Of a stretch of DNA of 64,000 bases, positions 12,903-26,000 are shown piece by piece. The DNA lies in contig MNCI01001986.1 of assembly GCA_015680685.1 (NCBI GenBank), forward strand, positions 1 through 64,000. Reading direction: 5' to 3'. The DNA is from Gnetum montanum (taxonomy: Eukaryota > Plantae > Gnetophyta). The position numbers and the translations under genes were made by a program. Within the stretch, counting starts at the first letter, position 1. Each line of letters begins with the position of its first letter. The notes beneath the pieces were generated by a model that had not been told where the DNA came from, made no database searches, and saw only the letters and a list, made by a program, of their open reading frames with translations.

Positions 12903-13152
12903 TGGCGTGGCAGGGCAGGGCAGGGCAGTGACAGTGACAGTGACAGTGGCTGGCGCTGGCGCTGGCGCTGGCAGTAAGTAAGCCACTGCCAGCAAGCAAG
13001 CAAGCACGCACAAGTGGAAGGGGTAGCAGCAGCGGCAGCGCCAGAAGAAGAAGAAGAAGAATAACAAGGGAGGGAGGAGAAAGGAGGACGAGATAGAAAG
13101 TCGGCCCCCTTTTTATCGCCTCAACTCCGTTTCGTTTCGCTTCGCTTCGTTT
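12903..13152. repeat. Microsatellite cluster (GGCAG)n, (CAGTGA)n, (GGCGCT)n, (AGA)n, (TTTCG)n in probable 5' leader
   Basis: Directly visible short tandem repeats. Confidence 0.85.
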
Positions 13153-14825
13153 CATTTTGTTGTGTTGGAGCTGCTGCTTCCACGATCATGATGATGTGCG
13201 TTACGCGCGGAAAAAGCAGAGAGATATCGTGAAATAAGATTGCGGCCTAACACTCCGGAGCTTTCAGATTCTCGGCTTCTGCTCCTTCCTCACTCTGCGT
13301 ACGTCTGCAACAACGCCATATCCAGAGCCGTTCTGGTCTGGTCTGGTCCGGTCTGCTGGTGTTCTCTGACAGGTATTTTCAAAGAAAAGGGCCTCTCTCT
13401 CCCTCTCTCTCTCTTTCTAAACCCTTTAAACTCTTTCAACTTTTGCTTTTGCGTTGTTTTTTCCTCCATCGTTCCGTCGCTTTAATAATGAAGGCCAGCG
13501 CGTTCGTCTTGGCCTTCTGCGCGCTTTAAAGTCGTCTTGGCGTTTCGGTACAGCGTACTGTGCTTCTCCATCAATGCTTTCTGCTGCCGCTGCCGCCCGC
13601 AGAGCTTCGCGGTTTGCGTGAGGTGAGGGAGAGGAGCGCTACTCTAGGGTTTCGGTCTTGCTTCGCTAATTTCGGCGCGATTTTGTTCGATTTAGACCAC
13701 ATTTCGTGGATTTTAGGGTCGCCTCGCGTCAGAGGGGCTTTATTGGCACTTTTGAACCATGATGCGTCGCTTTCGCTGTGCTTCTGCGCGATTATTACGA
13801 TGAATGGTGAATCGCTTGGTGCCGTGTTTGTTTGGCTTGGCGAGGAGGATCTGTGCAGCGGCCTCTGCGGCTTAGGCTTTTGTAGCCTTGACTGTCCGCG
13901 CGTGCATTTTGCTTCCTTTTTGGTAAATTCTTGAGCGATTCTGTGATTTGGCCATGAATGTGCATGCGATGTTGATCGCGTAGACTGCTTTCGCGGATTT
14001 TGAGTTTAGGTTTCTCGATTGGCTTTGATTTTGATAGGGTTGATCCTGTTGACGTGTTTGGAGGCTGCTTTTGTTTATTGTGCTTAAGTAGGGTTACGGT
14101 GTGAAGGTTATCCATGTATGCCACGGCGTTCTGTGGTGTTTGACGTGTGTGTGTATGCGGTTGAGTCTGGTGTCTGGAAAATGACTGTAAATCTCTTTGG
14201 GATGACGTACGGAAAAATTGTCTTGTTTTGTTGTTTGATCTTGCAACTAGGGTCTCTGCACGAGCTTTCGGAAGTTTCCGCGTAGTTGTTATTAAAAGGA
14301 GGATTTTGATCGCGTGGCTGCCGTGGAGTTTTTGCTTTCAAGGGCGTTAAATAGCATTCGTTTCGAGATTTTCTGCATTCTGAAGAATCGTACTGTTGAG
14401 GAGCAGCTTTTCAGTGGAGCAATCGGATAACAAGAGCAGCCTTCGGGTTCACATTGGAGTGTGTCTAGAAGGGCTTGGCGGCCATTTCTGCCTTTCAAAA
14501 TGTCAATGCCTTTTGCAGTTTGAAGGGCTTTTGCGTTTGTCTTCTTCTATGATCGAATCGAAGGCAAGTTAAGTGGCGAGAAGGAGGTAAGAGATCGAGA
14601 TCTGACAATTCAAGGCTGTTACTTGTGTTTCAATGTGAGAATGCATATGCCAAAAGCCGTTTTCCTGGGAGTGCTGATGCTGATTGAAGAAGGGCAAAGC
14701 TAGGGTCCTTTTACTTCTTGAGAGGTCTGCGTTCTCTTGATCTTGACGGTCAGGAGTGGCTTGGTGTTTTCAGTGCATTTGAAATTTTAAAGCATTGTTT
14801 GGTTCCGGTTTACACTGAAGAGAGT

Positions 14826-16541
14826 ATGCAGGACATTCAGATCGGATTAGAAAATTGTCGCCCATGGGAAGAACTAATTCCGGATGCTCTAACTCTTATA
14901 TTCAGCAAGGTACCGCTGCAGGACGTTCTTACAGTGATTCCCAGGGTTTGTAAGTCTTGGCAGAGGGTCACAGCGCGGCCTGAGTACTGGAAGGATATTG
15001 ATATTGAAGATTGGAGCCGTCGCTGCAATTCAGAGCATACAGAAAAAATGGTTACATGTTTGGTCTCTCGGAGCGGCGGTTCGCTGCGCAAACTCGCAGT
15101 CTGTGGCCTGAGAAGCGACGGGGTCCTTTCGTTTATTGCCACACAGTAAGCCATTTCTCTTCCTTTGTGCTTTTGTTACATGCTTCTTTGGTTAGGCATA
15201 ATTTGGGATAACGTTATCTTAAAAAAGATTCCTTGCATTTTAAGCAAGAATAGTTCGATTCGACACTGTTATCGTTCAACTAGGCATGTGTTGGCATTGC
15301 AGTTGTGATCAAGTTCTATTTACTGAAGTATTTTATAGTCTAGTTATCTTTCAACGAAGAAAGTGGGACCGTTTTTCCAACCAATAATTTTTGGCGTCTT
15401 TCAAAGCAATATTTAACAACGCAGGTTGCAATATGCCCACTGAACGCCCTCGACATCCGACATTCTAGAAATGATGCTCGATTGCAATGGCTAAAACAGA
15501 TTCCAAAGTAAAAATTGCTTTTCTGGTGACGGGAAATTGATGATCCAATATTAGTTCCTCTTTTTTAACGTGAAACTATGACAGTTTTAATTTGACTTAT
15601 CATTCTGGCAATGTTCTGCAGGAGAGAATAGCATTTTTCATTGTTTAGGGTGAGGACAATACCATGGCTTCGGAATGCAATTTTTTAATAATTTCTTTCC
15701 CTGGCATCCAAATTTTAAGGTCTTAAGTTTTGAAAACCAATTGCAATTGATTTAGAAAACCAGTACAGTCTCGACAATGAAGTAGCAGTATCGAATCGTG
15801 GTGTTGACTGATGACATCATGGTAATTATCTTCCGTGGCTCTGTTTGCAGTGGCCCCAACATACAGGTTCTCCGCATGCCCATGAGTGAGGTGACAGATG
15901 CCGGTACTATCCAAGTTGCACCGAAGTTTGCGTGCCTTACCTGCCTTGATATCAGCTGCTGTAAAAATATGACTTCATTGTCGATAGAGGCTTTGGGAAG
16001 GCATTGTAAAGCCCTCACACATTTGAGCAGAAACATGCATCCCTTAGGAACAGTGGGTCAGTGTCCAAGAGATGATGAGGCTCTTGCCATTGCACACAAC
16101 ATGCCTGGATTGAAGCATCTAGAATTTGCATATGGTTTGCTTACCAATAAAGGAATAGAAGCTATTTTAAGTACGTGCAAGAATTTAGAATACTTAGATA
16201 TTAGGGGATGTTGGCATGTGTCTGTCAATGGTCCTTTAGCTGAACAGTGTTGCAGCCGGCTCAGGGTTTTCAGGGGTCCCATAGTGGATGGCCATGATGA
16301 TCTAGAAGGTTATCACTCCTATGATGATTACTCTGATTCGACCTGTAACATGGACTATGATGACTACAACGAATGGGATGAGTATGACGAATTTGAGGAC
16401 TATATGAGTGATGGGGAACTGGAGGGAGTGCATCTGAGAGTTTATGACGGAACAAATTCTGATGACAGCAGCGACTGGCTAGCTTCGTCCGGTGACTGGC
16501 CTACATCATCAGCTGATCAACCATCGTCTTCAGGTTTCTAG
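14826..16541 (+). CDS. FBW2: F-box/LRR protein FBW2-like (336 aa); join(14826-15145,15851-16541)
   Basis: RPWEELIPDALTLIFSKVPLQDVLTVIPRVCKSW..WKDIDIEDWS..RSGGSLRKL..SFIATH / ..RNMHPL..DDEALAIAHNMPGLKHLE..LEYLDIRGCW..GP plus an acidic Trp-containing tail, colinear with Arabidopsis FBW2 as recalled. Phase-2 GT-AG intron at 15146-15850. Confidence 0.9.
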
Positions 16542-18974
16542 TCAGGTGCCGAGGATCTCACTACCGAATTACTGGTACTGCAGCCGTAGTATATGGTCAT
16601 TTGCTATGAACTTTTGTGGAGTAGTTCCTGTCCTCTTAGAGTAAAAACTTAGCTTAGACACTTATATTGTATCAAACTTCTTATATAGAATCTAGAATGT
16701 AATTTTCTAAATTCAAAACTTGAAAAATTTTAAAGTCTGCAGGTTGAGGATACCAGGTTTCTGAGTTAAATGCCAGCGTTAAAGTATCCTAGTGGTTCAG
16801 GACCTTGACAGGGCTTAAGGAATTTTCATAGCTGATTCCCTGATGGTTCTGTGGAGTTTTCTTTATATATTACGTTTCTGATTGTGGCTGCTTCCCTGTT
16901 TTGTTTACTCCGGAACAATTATTTGTAAAAACGCTTTGATGCCATCGAAAATGATCATCTTCTGATCTCATTTCAGCAACAGCATTTCATACATCAGAAG
17001 CTGTGTTTCATGTTTCTTCTTTACCTACACATCCTGCCAGAAACCTTCCTTTCTAGAGGAGGATGGAAGTCTTTATGGTTGTGAACTCTTCTGTTCACCA
17101 GCTAGTTGGAATATATATATAATGTTTGTTAAAAATGAATTTTCGTTGCTATGTTATGGATCCGTGCAGATAATGACCACCTTCGGTAACTTTTCATTAA
17201 AGTCTATATTGCACTTTAAGGTAAGCTAATGCAGTTTGTCATTTTTATGCCTCTTATTTTCTAAGACTGTTTTCTCGTCGTTGTATTTGTATTGCTCATT
17301 CGGGTCAAATACAGATAGCCATGTGGGTTAACCTAAACCACAATAGAATTTCAGCATTTCCAGGATTAGAAAACAAATGTTCTATTGGAGTTTTGTAAAA
17401 ATTAATGTAACGGCTCATGTTTTTTTTTAAAATTTCTTTCTGTTGTTTCACTGTGCTTGACACGGAATTACTTCTAAAATCACTTGATTTCATGAGTCCC
17501 TGATTTCTGTTCTAAACTAAAATCATAGGAACCAATATGATCCAGTCTTTTGAGCTTGCATCCTCCAAGCAATGAAGTGCAAATGAACCATAGTAATAGT
17601 TTTCAAGTGCGCCTACTTTAGCATATAGGCTCCTTCTCCTTAATGGAGGGTAAACCAGGAAGAAGAGAGGCATCTGTGCACCAGGCAGGCAGTTTTTATT
17701 TCATTCTTTCTACGTATCGTTATGGTTTTGTTTTTGGTATAGAGATTAGCCGTTATCCCAGCCCTTGTGGGAAAGAGCCTGTTGAAAACCTTTGGCCCAT
17801 GGTCCATGAGTCGTTGTATGATATCTTATGTGTTCGAGCCTTTGGTCATGATAAATATCGACTGTGTATAAATGATTATTACCATTTAGGAATCTTGTGA
17901 AAGGATCGAGGGTCATGATAACTCAATTGCTTTTCTATCCTGCCCTTTGGGTGCGTTTTGAAATACACGTGGCCAATTATTGGATTAGCTGGCATAATGG
18001 TTGCCTGTTGGGTAAGTATTTCCAATTTTTAACCATCCAATAAAGTTAAAATTTTTTTAATTACCGGACCTTTAAATAATACCTGTCATTTGTCAGAGCG
18101 TGTTCATATTTAATTATATACGAATAAGTATTGCATATGTTCCCGGGTTTTTCAACTTTCGTATGTTAAGTCTGTTAAAACATTTACAGGATTAATATTT
18201 GTTATTGCGCATTGGATTTTGATTACATTCGATTTTGATTGTGCTGGGGTCCTCTTGAGATAGCCTTGGTTGCCCATTGATTATATATTAAGTGGCGCAC
18301 TCATCAATTTCGAACCCTCTTCTAAGCAACTCGCCTGGATCAACTTTGGTTTTGACTTTACATTTTATCTTTACTTTCCAGCAGCCAAGGTTGGTGTACT
18401 TTGGTGTGGGTCATCCTTGGGATTGAGATGCTTTGGATATCTTTAAGGCATTTCAAGGATATTATGAGAACATCTTTGTTCTTTTTCCAGTTGTGTGCTC
18501 AAACTTACTTGGCCATTGTGGACCATCGATTGCTTGCTTAAAGCAGCAAGGTTGGTAGGCATGTGAGTTCGTTGCTTTTCATGGCGAGGTCGAAACAGTT
18601 ACTTGCAAGAGAGGAGGTTTGCAAGCCTTTGGCTTTCTCCAAAGTTATTTTTTCCCCCTTGTCCCATGGCATGGCCTCATATGGGAGAAGAAACTTTCTA
18701 AGCATATGCATGGGGCTTGGATGCCTAGGTAAGGTCGGTAAATAAACTATTTTGTTCTGAACCTTTCATACTTTGAAGGCTGGTGACTAACCCTTACCTT
18801 TTTGGGTTGATGCCTTCTTCGGTTGGGCAATGTAGTTATTGAACTTATATCTTCCTCTGTCGCATGTTTATCACTACCACCAAAGCATTATTGAAGGGAT
18901 ACACCCAATGATAGTTGCATTTTGCTTTTTGGGAAGTGTTATCGTTGCTATGGTTCATATTATTAAGTTTGTGT

Positions 18975-20075
18975 GTGCACGATGAAAAAAGGAAGAACAA
19001 GGTTACAGAATTTTCGTGGTTTAACAAGATTGTTTATGATTCACAGCCGCACAACAAGGTTACAGAATTTTCGTGGTTTAACAAGATTGTTTATGATTCA
19101 CAGCCGCACTAGAGTTTCATTATATATTTTGTAGGTTCCGGTTACAAGAGTTTCAGAATTTTACATAAATATGCAGCAAGAAATTGTTTGTAACCAAAGT
19201 TGGTCATGACCCAATACTCCAGATTAGTTGCATATTCAGATTAGTTGCCATTTTACATAAATATGCAGCAAGAAATTGTTTGTAACCAAAGTTGGTCATG
19301 ACCCAATACTCCAGATTAGTTGCCACGACTTCAACAATCTCCCACTTGAAAATTGATCAAAGAGCAAAAACAAAACAAAATAAAAATATAAAAATAAAAA
19401 AATTGATCAAAGAGCAAAAACAAAACAAAAAGAAAAAATAAAAATAAAAAAAGAAGAAAAATTTGCAACCTGTACACCATCATGCAGAGCCTTAGGAGTG
19501 TTGACACCTTGGTTAAAGTTTGTAGCGTTTTTTGACCTAGGAATTTTTTTAGAAGTAATTTCTCATCTATCAACCCATGGATATGATGATAATGATATCT
19601 TAACTGAATGTGTTTAGATTTGGAATGAAAAACTCGATGTCTAGCTAGATGTATGGTTAAAGTTTGTAGGGTTTTTTGACCTAGGAATTTTTTTAGTAGT
19701 AATGTCTCATGATCTATCAACCCATGGATATGATGATATCTTAATTGAATGTGTTTAGATTTGGAATGAAAAACTGGATCTCTAGCTAGATGTATGGTAT
19801 CACTAAAAAGCTTCATGTTGTTTTGTGTCTTACCCAATTCTCTTAGAAGACCTTTCAACCAATTTTGCTTTTGTGGTTAAGAGAGCAACACGCTTCTAAC
19901 GTTGAGATATCCAACTTATAATAGTACTTCCCACAATGAAAATATAAGTGGTGGTGCTCTTTTTGTTGTCAAAATTACCTTTCAAATTTGCATCAGAAAA
20001 ACCCTATAGAGTAATGTTACTTTTTTAAAAATAAAGTTTCTTTTAGATATCTCAGGAGCCACTTTACAACTTTTC
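18975..20075 (-). mobile_element. Ty1/copia 3' remnant (RT end/RNase H, PPT, 3' LTR)
   Basis: Minus-strand GFSDANLKG..KKSTT, GLLRELG..IHLARDPVFHSKSKHIQLRYH. PPT AAGTGGGAGAT at ~19337-19348 abuts LTR start TGTTGAAG at 19336. The left LTR end is approximate. Confidence 0.88.
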
Positions 20076-20087
20076 AATGCTCTTAAT

Positions 20088-23000
20088 CAGCGTAGGGCTA
20101 TTTGCCACTCATCATTGGTGTCATTGTTGGGGATCTTTAATTTGTTACATGCGTTACCTAGGATTGCGTGAAAAATTATTTGACATTGTTGGAACGAACC
20201 CTAAGGTCATATCATACATCAAAATAATTACAACAATTATAAGAAAGCACACTACATTTCTTATCTTCTAATACAAGGTGTCTTCTTTTCATAGGAGTGA
20301 TTCTTTGTCCAAGTTTGATGGAGTAAATCAGCACGTATCCCAACAATACAGAGTGATATATGTTTATTCTGATGAGTATGTACCCAATTTCACATTCGTC
20401 TTACACTAGGATGAACTACTGTGATGGCGAGACATGGAGGGCAATATTGTGTTGCTGCCCAATTGATCTATTCCTGTGATGCTCTAACAAACTCTTATGC
20501 GATTGGGCATCAAAGGGTTTCATGCTGAATATGTTGTGCAGGATAGTGATGCTAGGGATTATCATCACATCGATGCACAATGTCTAAGGGATTGATAGAT
20601 AGAATAGTGCTACGAGTCTATGAAGGGGAAGTGATTCAATGATTTTCCATTTTTGATATACCAAAAAGATGGTGGAGAATCCTTCTTTGGGGGTTTTCCA
20701 TACAGAGAGACTCCTCTCTTTGACTTTAGTGAAGGAGGTCAAAACCAGAACCTGTAGTCTACGATACATAAATCTTGGTTCTGGCAAGAACGGATCCCAT
20801 GACAAAAGGGGATCCAAGGAGAAGAGTCATGGTAGGGATGTAGGCAAGCAACATGATCATGATCATGGTCGCAACCACCGAAGAGGAGATGGCACACCGT
20901 GTTGATGTTAATCCTTCTTCCTCTTCACTTTCATCATCATTTTCTTCCTCTTCTGGCTTTGAACGTAACTACAGGGGACATGATTGTGATGGAGGTGATT
21001 GATGGGACCGAGATGATTATAGTGACTATCGAGCAAGTTAAGATCTGCGGTGTAGGTATTCAAGAGAGGCTTATCGCCATGAACAAAGGGATAGTAGAGG
21101 GCATCATAGGCACCAGGATCATGACTACGATGAACTTTTGCTTGTCACCCGAAGCATGTTAAACATCGTAGAGGCGATGAGAATTCCTACAAGGCACATA
21201 GAGGATAGCCAGATTAAGAGGCTAGACATGAACAATATTCCCAAATTTGAAGGGGGATATAACTCAGATTCATAGAAACATATTTAGGTCTTTCATGATG
21301 CATGTGCCTTGCAAAATGTGGACAATGATTGGCAAAGCCTTAAGCTGTTCCCAAGGACACTCATTAAAGAAGTACAGAGTTGGTATCGGTTCTTAGAATT
21401 GGAATCTATTAGATGGTGGAGTACAATGCTTGAACTGTCCAATGACAAATATTAGATGTACTCTCGAGTATCTAACTTGAGGAGGTAGATCCAAGGATGA
21501 AAACAAGGAACACATGAACCCTTGGACACAACCATGGGCTGATATTATTCTCTATGGCACAGATGCCCTGGCTATGGTTATTCTCAACAAGAGCAACTTC
21601 GGCATATCATAGATCGACTTCGATCAGAAATGAGAACTCTTGGAGTCTATACCCAAGGGCAATTGTCAAAGTTAAGAGTCCATAAGATCCAATGGTTGAT
21701 TGAGCAAGTAGCAAAGGAAAAAGACGAGTTGATGAAATGTGAAAGTGTAAAAGAATATAATTGAGATCCTTCCATTTGCAAGAGGAGGTTTGATTTTGTG
21801 ACAACGAGGAGGAATCATCACTTGATAATGTGGTGAATCGGAAAACCTTGATGATTAAAAAATTTATCTTTGAAATTTTGGCTAAGGTAGATCAGTTATT
21901 GGACTTTATGGATAGTAGATTTCAAGTTGTTTTGAAAATTGCTGAAGAGTCCAAAGAATAAGGTAGTGATCGTGACCACAATAGGTGAAAGGAAGATGAA
22001 TGTGCCAATGAAAGGGGTAAGGGCAAGATTGTTGCAGTAGAGAAAGTTGCAAAAATTGAATTAGATGATGATGGTGGGTGTGACATCTACCAATATGAAC
22101 ATCCTAAGAGATGTTGCCCCACCGTGTCACACTTACAGGAGTTTGGGGTGTATGCTCTAAATCCACAACTAGCAAAGGGATAAACACCTAAACAATTGCC
22201 TTATCCTCAAGGCAATCCTAGGCAATTCCATCAACAACAATAATATTATCCAAGTGAAACTCCACTGCAACTGTACGAGCAGTATCAACAATGGTAACAT
22301 CCGCAGTCATGGGTGCTACCACTGCCAAGGCAACAGTACCCTTATAGACAACCAGATCCATATGGGTATTATGTTTAACAACCTTTGTCACCATGTGACT
22401 TTTCCACTCACTCTTCTTCTTTCCAACATCACTACTGCCCTCTTGAATACTATAGAACTCATTCTTCACATTCCAGGAGGGATACCACATTCCATCCTTA
22501 TTCTTTTCTTGTTCCTGCATCGGTTTCTCCACCGTCAACACAACTATTGTCTGCTCCATCCATGCAGGGTGAACTTCCAACCCAACCACAGTAATGCAAT
22601 GCTACTAAGGCTGTCAATCTAAAACCAGTTGATCAATCGAGTGGTTTGGAACCTCATGCTTATAAAAGACATTTCTTCCAATCCAACAACCCAACTAAAC
22701 CCTCACATACACTTGCAGTTGGCAATCCTACTTCTTCATCTTCCTCTACATCTAATCCATTTGGGTCCCCTTCAAACCAAATACCACTTTGAATCCATAT
22801 TGTTATGCTCACTTATGACGTATGTGGTTGGATCTAGGTTGGCAACCTTCCTAAGAAATTAGCTGATCCTAGGAGTTCTCTTATCTCTTTACAGATTGCT
22901 AGGAATGAACTATGTAAAGCTCTTCTTAATTCATGCTCTGATGTTAACTTGATTTCTCATGAGATGTATATTGCCTAGAACTTATCGCCTTTCAAGAAGA

Positions 23001-26000
23001 GCAGTATTTGATTGGAATTGGTAGACCAGTCCATTACTATTCCACTAGGATTGGTAGAAGACATTATGATCACTATTTGTGGGTGGTCTTATCTTGCTGA
23101 ATTCTTAGTAATCAAGGTTGAGAACTATAAGGACGACTTCCCAATCGTTATGGGAAGGGCATGGCTAACCACTGTTGATGCAAGAATGGGCAGAAGAGGT
23201 CTTTCCTTGGAAAAATCTAAGGAAAATGCATTTGGGAAGATCAAGAAGAAGTGAGTTCCATGCATCATGTACAATGATATAAGGTGCAATTGCATGTAAA
23301 AACTCTGGTTCGTGAAATGAACATCTATTTATGCATGTGGGTAGTGTGCACATGAAGCATATATCCAAAGGTGTCTATACATAGCAGCCAAAAAACAAGA
23401 GTGCACCCAGTGGCTAACCACTAATTTTAAAAGCAGCACAATGTGCATGGAACCTATTGAGAGCCTGACATGTGCTTATGTCACAAGCATGGATGAACTA
23501 GATCAAGTTCATCTTCAACTCTTTAATAATGAAAACTTGGGAAGAGTTGGAGATCCTTGAGAATTTCAAATAAGAGCCCATAGAGTTGAAAACTCTATTT
23601 GCTGGCTTGGAATATGCATTCTTAAAAAATGGTAAGCTGATCATACTTAATGCAAAACTTGCTCTTGAGCAAAAAGCAAAACTATTGAAAGTGATCAATA
23701 GATGGTCAAAATTCTTTGCTTGGTCATATCCTGAACTCACTGAATTGATCCACAAATATCCTAGCACCGCATTTATACTGATTCATCCATGAAGCCAAGG
23801 AGGCAATCGCAACGATGGTTGAACACAAAATTAAAACAAATCGTTAAAGAGGAGATTGAACAACTCTTTAAGGTAGGGTTCATATGCCCCATTGCGGATA
23901 GCGAGTGGGTTAGCCCACTTGTGATAGTACCAAAAATAGGTGGCAAAAGATGGATTTGTATTGACTTCAGGTTGTTAAACATGGCAACATTCAAAGATCA
24001 TTTTTTGTTGCCATTCATTGATCAGGTGTTTAACACCATATGTAGGCATTGCTATTATAGTCTCTTGGATGGTTATAATGGCTATAACCAAATCAAGATT
24101 GCACCAGAAGACCAGGTCAAAACAACATTCATGAGTCCCTAGGGGATATTCGCATATTGCAAGATGCCTTTTGGTTTGTGCAATGCTCTTGACACTTTCC
24201 AATGCTTGGTCTTAATCATCTTTTAGCAGCAAATTGGTGGTAGAGTGGAAGTCTTTATGGATGACTTATCTACTTATGGTGCTATATTCGAGTAAGCCTT
24301 GGATTGCCTTAAGTAAGTACTCAAAATATGTGTGGAAACAAACTTATAGCTGAATTGGCAAAAGAGCCATCTCATGGTCCAAGAAGGCATTGTATTGGGG
24401 CACAGAACTTTGTAGCAAGGGATTGAGGTAGATCTCGAAAAAATAAGGATCATCCAAGGAATAACCCATCAACTAGAAATTGTAAAAGATGTTATATCAT
24501 TCCTTGGACACACTAGCTACTATTGGTAATTTATAAAGAATTTCTTTAAAATCGTAAAATTGTTGGTTGAGCTAACAAAGAAATATGCTTCCTTCATCAA
24601 GACGAAGGAATGCGAAAAGACATCCTAGAGCCTCAAGTAGAAGCTTATGGAGACTTCAATTCTATGAGCACCTAATTGCTCAAGACCATTTCATATCATG
24701 ATTGATGCATCTAATTATGCCTTGGGAGCTATGCTTACATAGTTGGACGACAAGAAATGTTTATATTACATCCACTACACAAGTCAAAGCATTGTGGGTG
24801 CATAATTGAACTACACCACCACAGAAAAAGAATTGATGGCAATGGTGTTTGCTTTAGAGAAGTTCAAGCACTATCTGCTTGGATACAAAGTGTTTGTGCA
24901 CACAGACCACAGTGCAATTCACTTCTTAATGAATAAGATAATGGTGAGCTCTCGTGTCATACAATGGTTGGTGATCTTGTAGAAATTTGATCTGATGATG
25001 GTAGATCGAAAAGGGACTGAGAATGTGGTCGCTGATCACTTGTCTCGATTACGATGGGATAATAAAGAGGAGGAAAGCCCACTATCTGATTAGTTTCTTG
25101 ATGAAATCCTCTTTGCCGAGGCTATAATTAATTAATTACCCATTAATACTAAATTGTATGATGGCATTCTCACCTATCTTCTCATTTAGGAGATACCACA
25201 GGAGTTGGACCACTAGAAGAAACAATAATTTCTTCACTAGTTGAAACTCTTCATGGAGATCGATGGCCACCTTTACAAGGTGTGCACCGATGACTTGGTT
25301 CGTTGGTGTGTCCTTAATGCTGATCAACTACGTGTTTTCTAGGACACTCATGAAGGTCCTTGTGGGGGCCACTATGTTGGAAGATGCATGACCATTAAAA
25401 TCCTGATGGTAGGGTATTATAGGCCAATACTTTTTAAGGATGCTCATTAATTTGTCCATTCTTGTGAATGCTGCCAACTAGATGGTGCAATGACTGTTCG
25501 AATGGAGGGACCTCAGCAATGAATTCAACCATTGGAATCCTTTAACATCTAAGGCATTGACTTCATGGGTCTCATCATGCCCATGTTAAATGAAAAGGTG
25601 TACATCATAGTTGTTGTTGACTATTGTATGAAATGGGTAGAAGTAGCAGCCATCATTGACTATACATCTTCTACTGCTACTTAGTTTGTACAATAGAATG
25701 TTGTAAACACATTTGGTGTATCACGTGCATTAATTTCTAATAATGGAGCCTACTTTACAGGCACTACCTTTTGGAAGCTCATGCAATGCTTAGGGGTTGA
25801 GCATATATTAACAACACTTGATCATCCCTAAGCAAATTGTTAAGCTGAGGTTACAAATAGGGAAATCACTAATATATTAATGAGAATAACTAGCAAATAT
25901 AGGAGAGACTAGAGCACTAAACTCAATGATGCCCTCTAGGCCTATTGCTAAACATGGAAACTCCCTATAGGCTACTCTCTCTATGAGTTGGTATACAAAA

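Noticed and set aside
12562-14498. Numerous 60-124 aa ORFs in the GC-rich promoter/leader
   Set aside because: Explained by high GC and microsatellites; low-complexity translations with no recognisable motifs.
14490-14528. Hairpin as a miRNA precursor
   Set aside because: Stem is too short for a plant pre-miRNA and matches no miRNA family I recognise; kept only as a leader structure.
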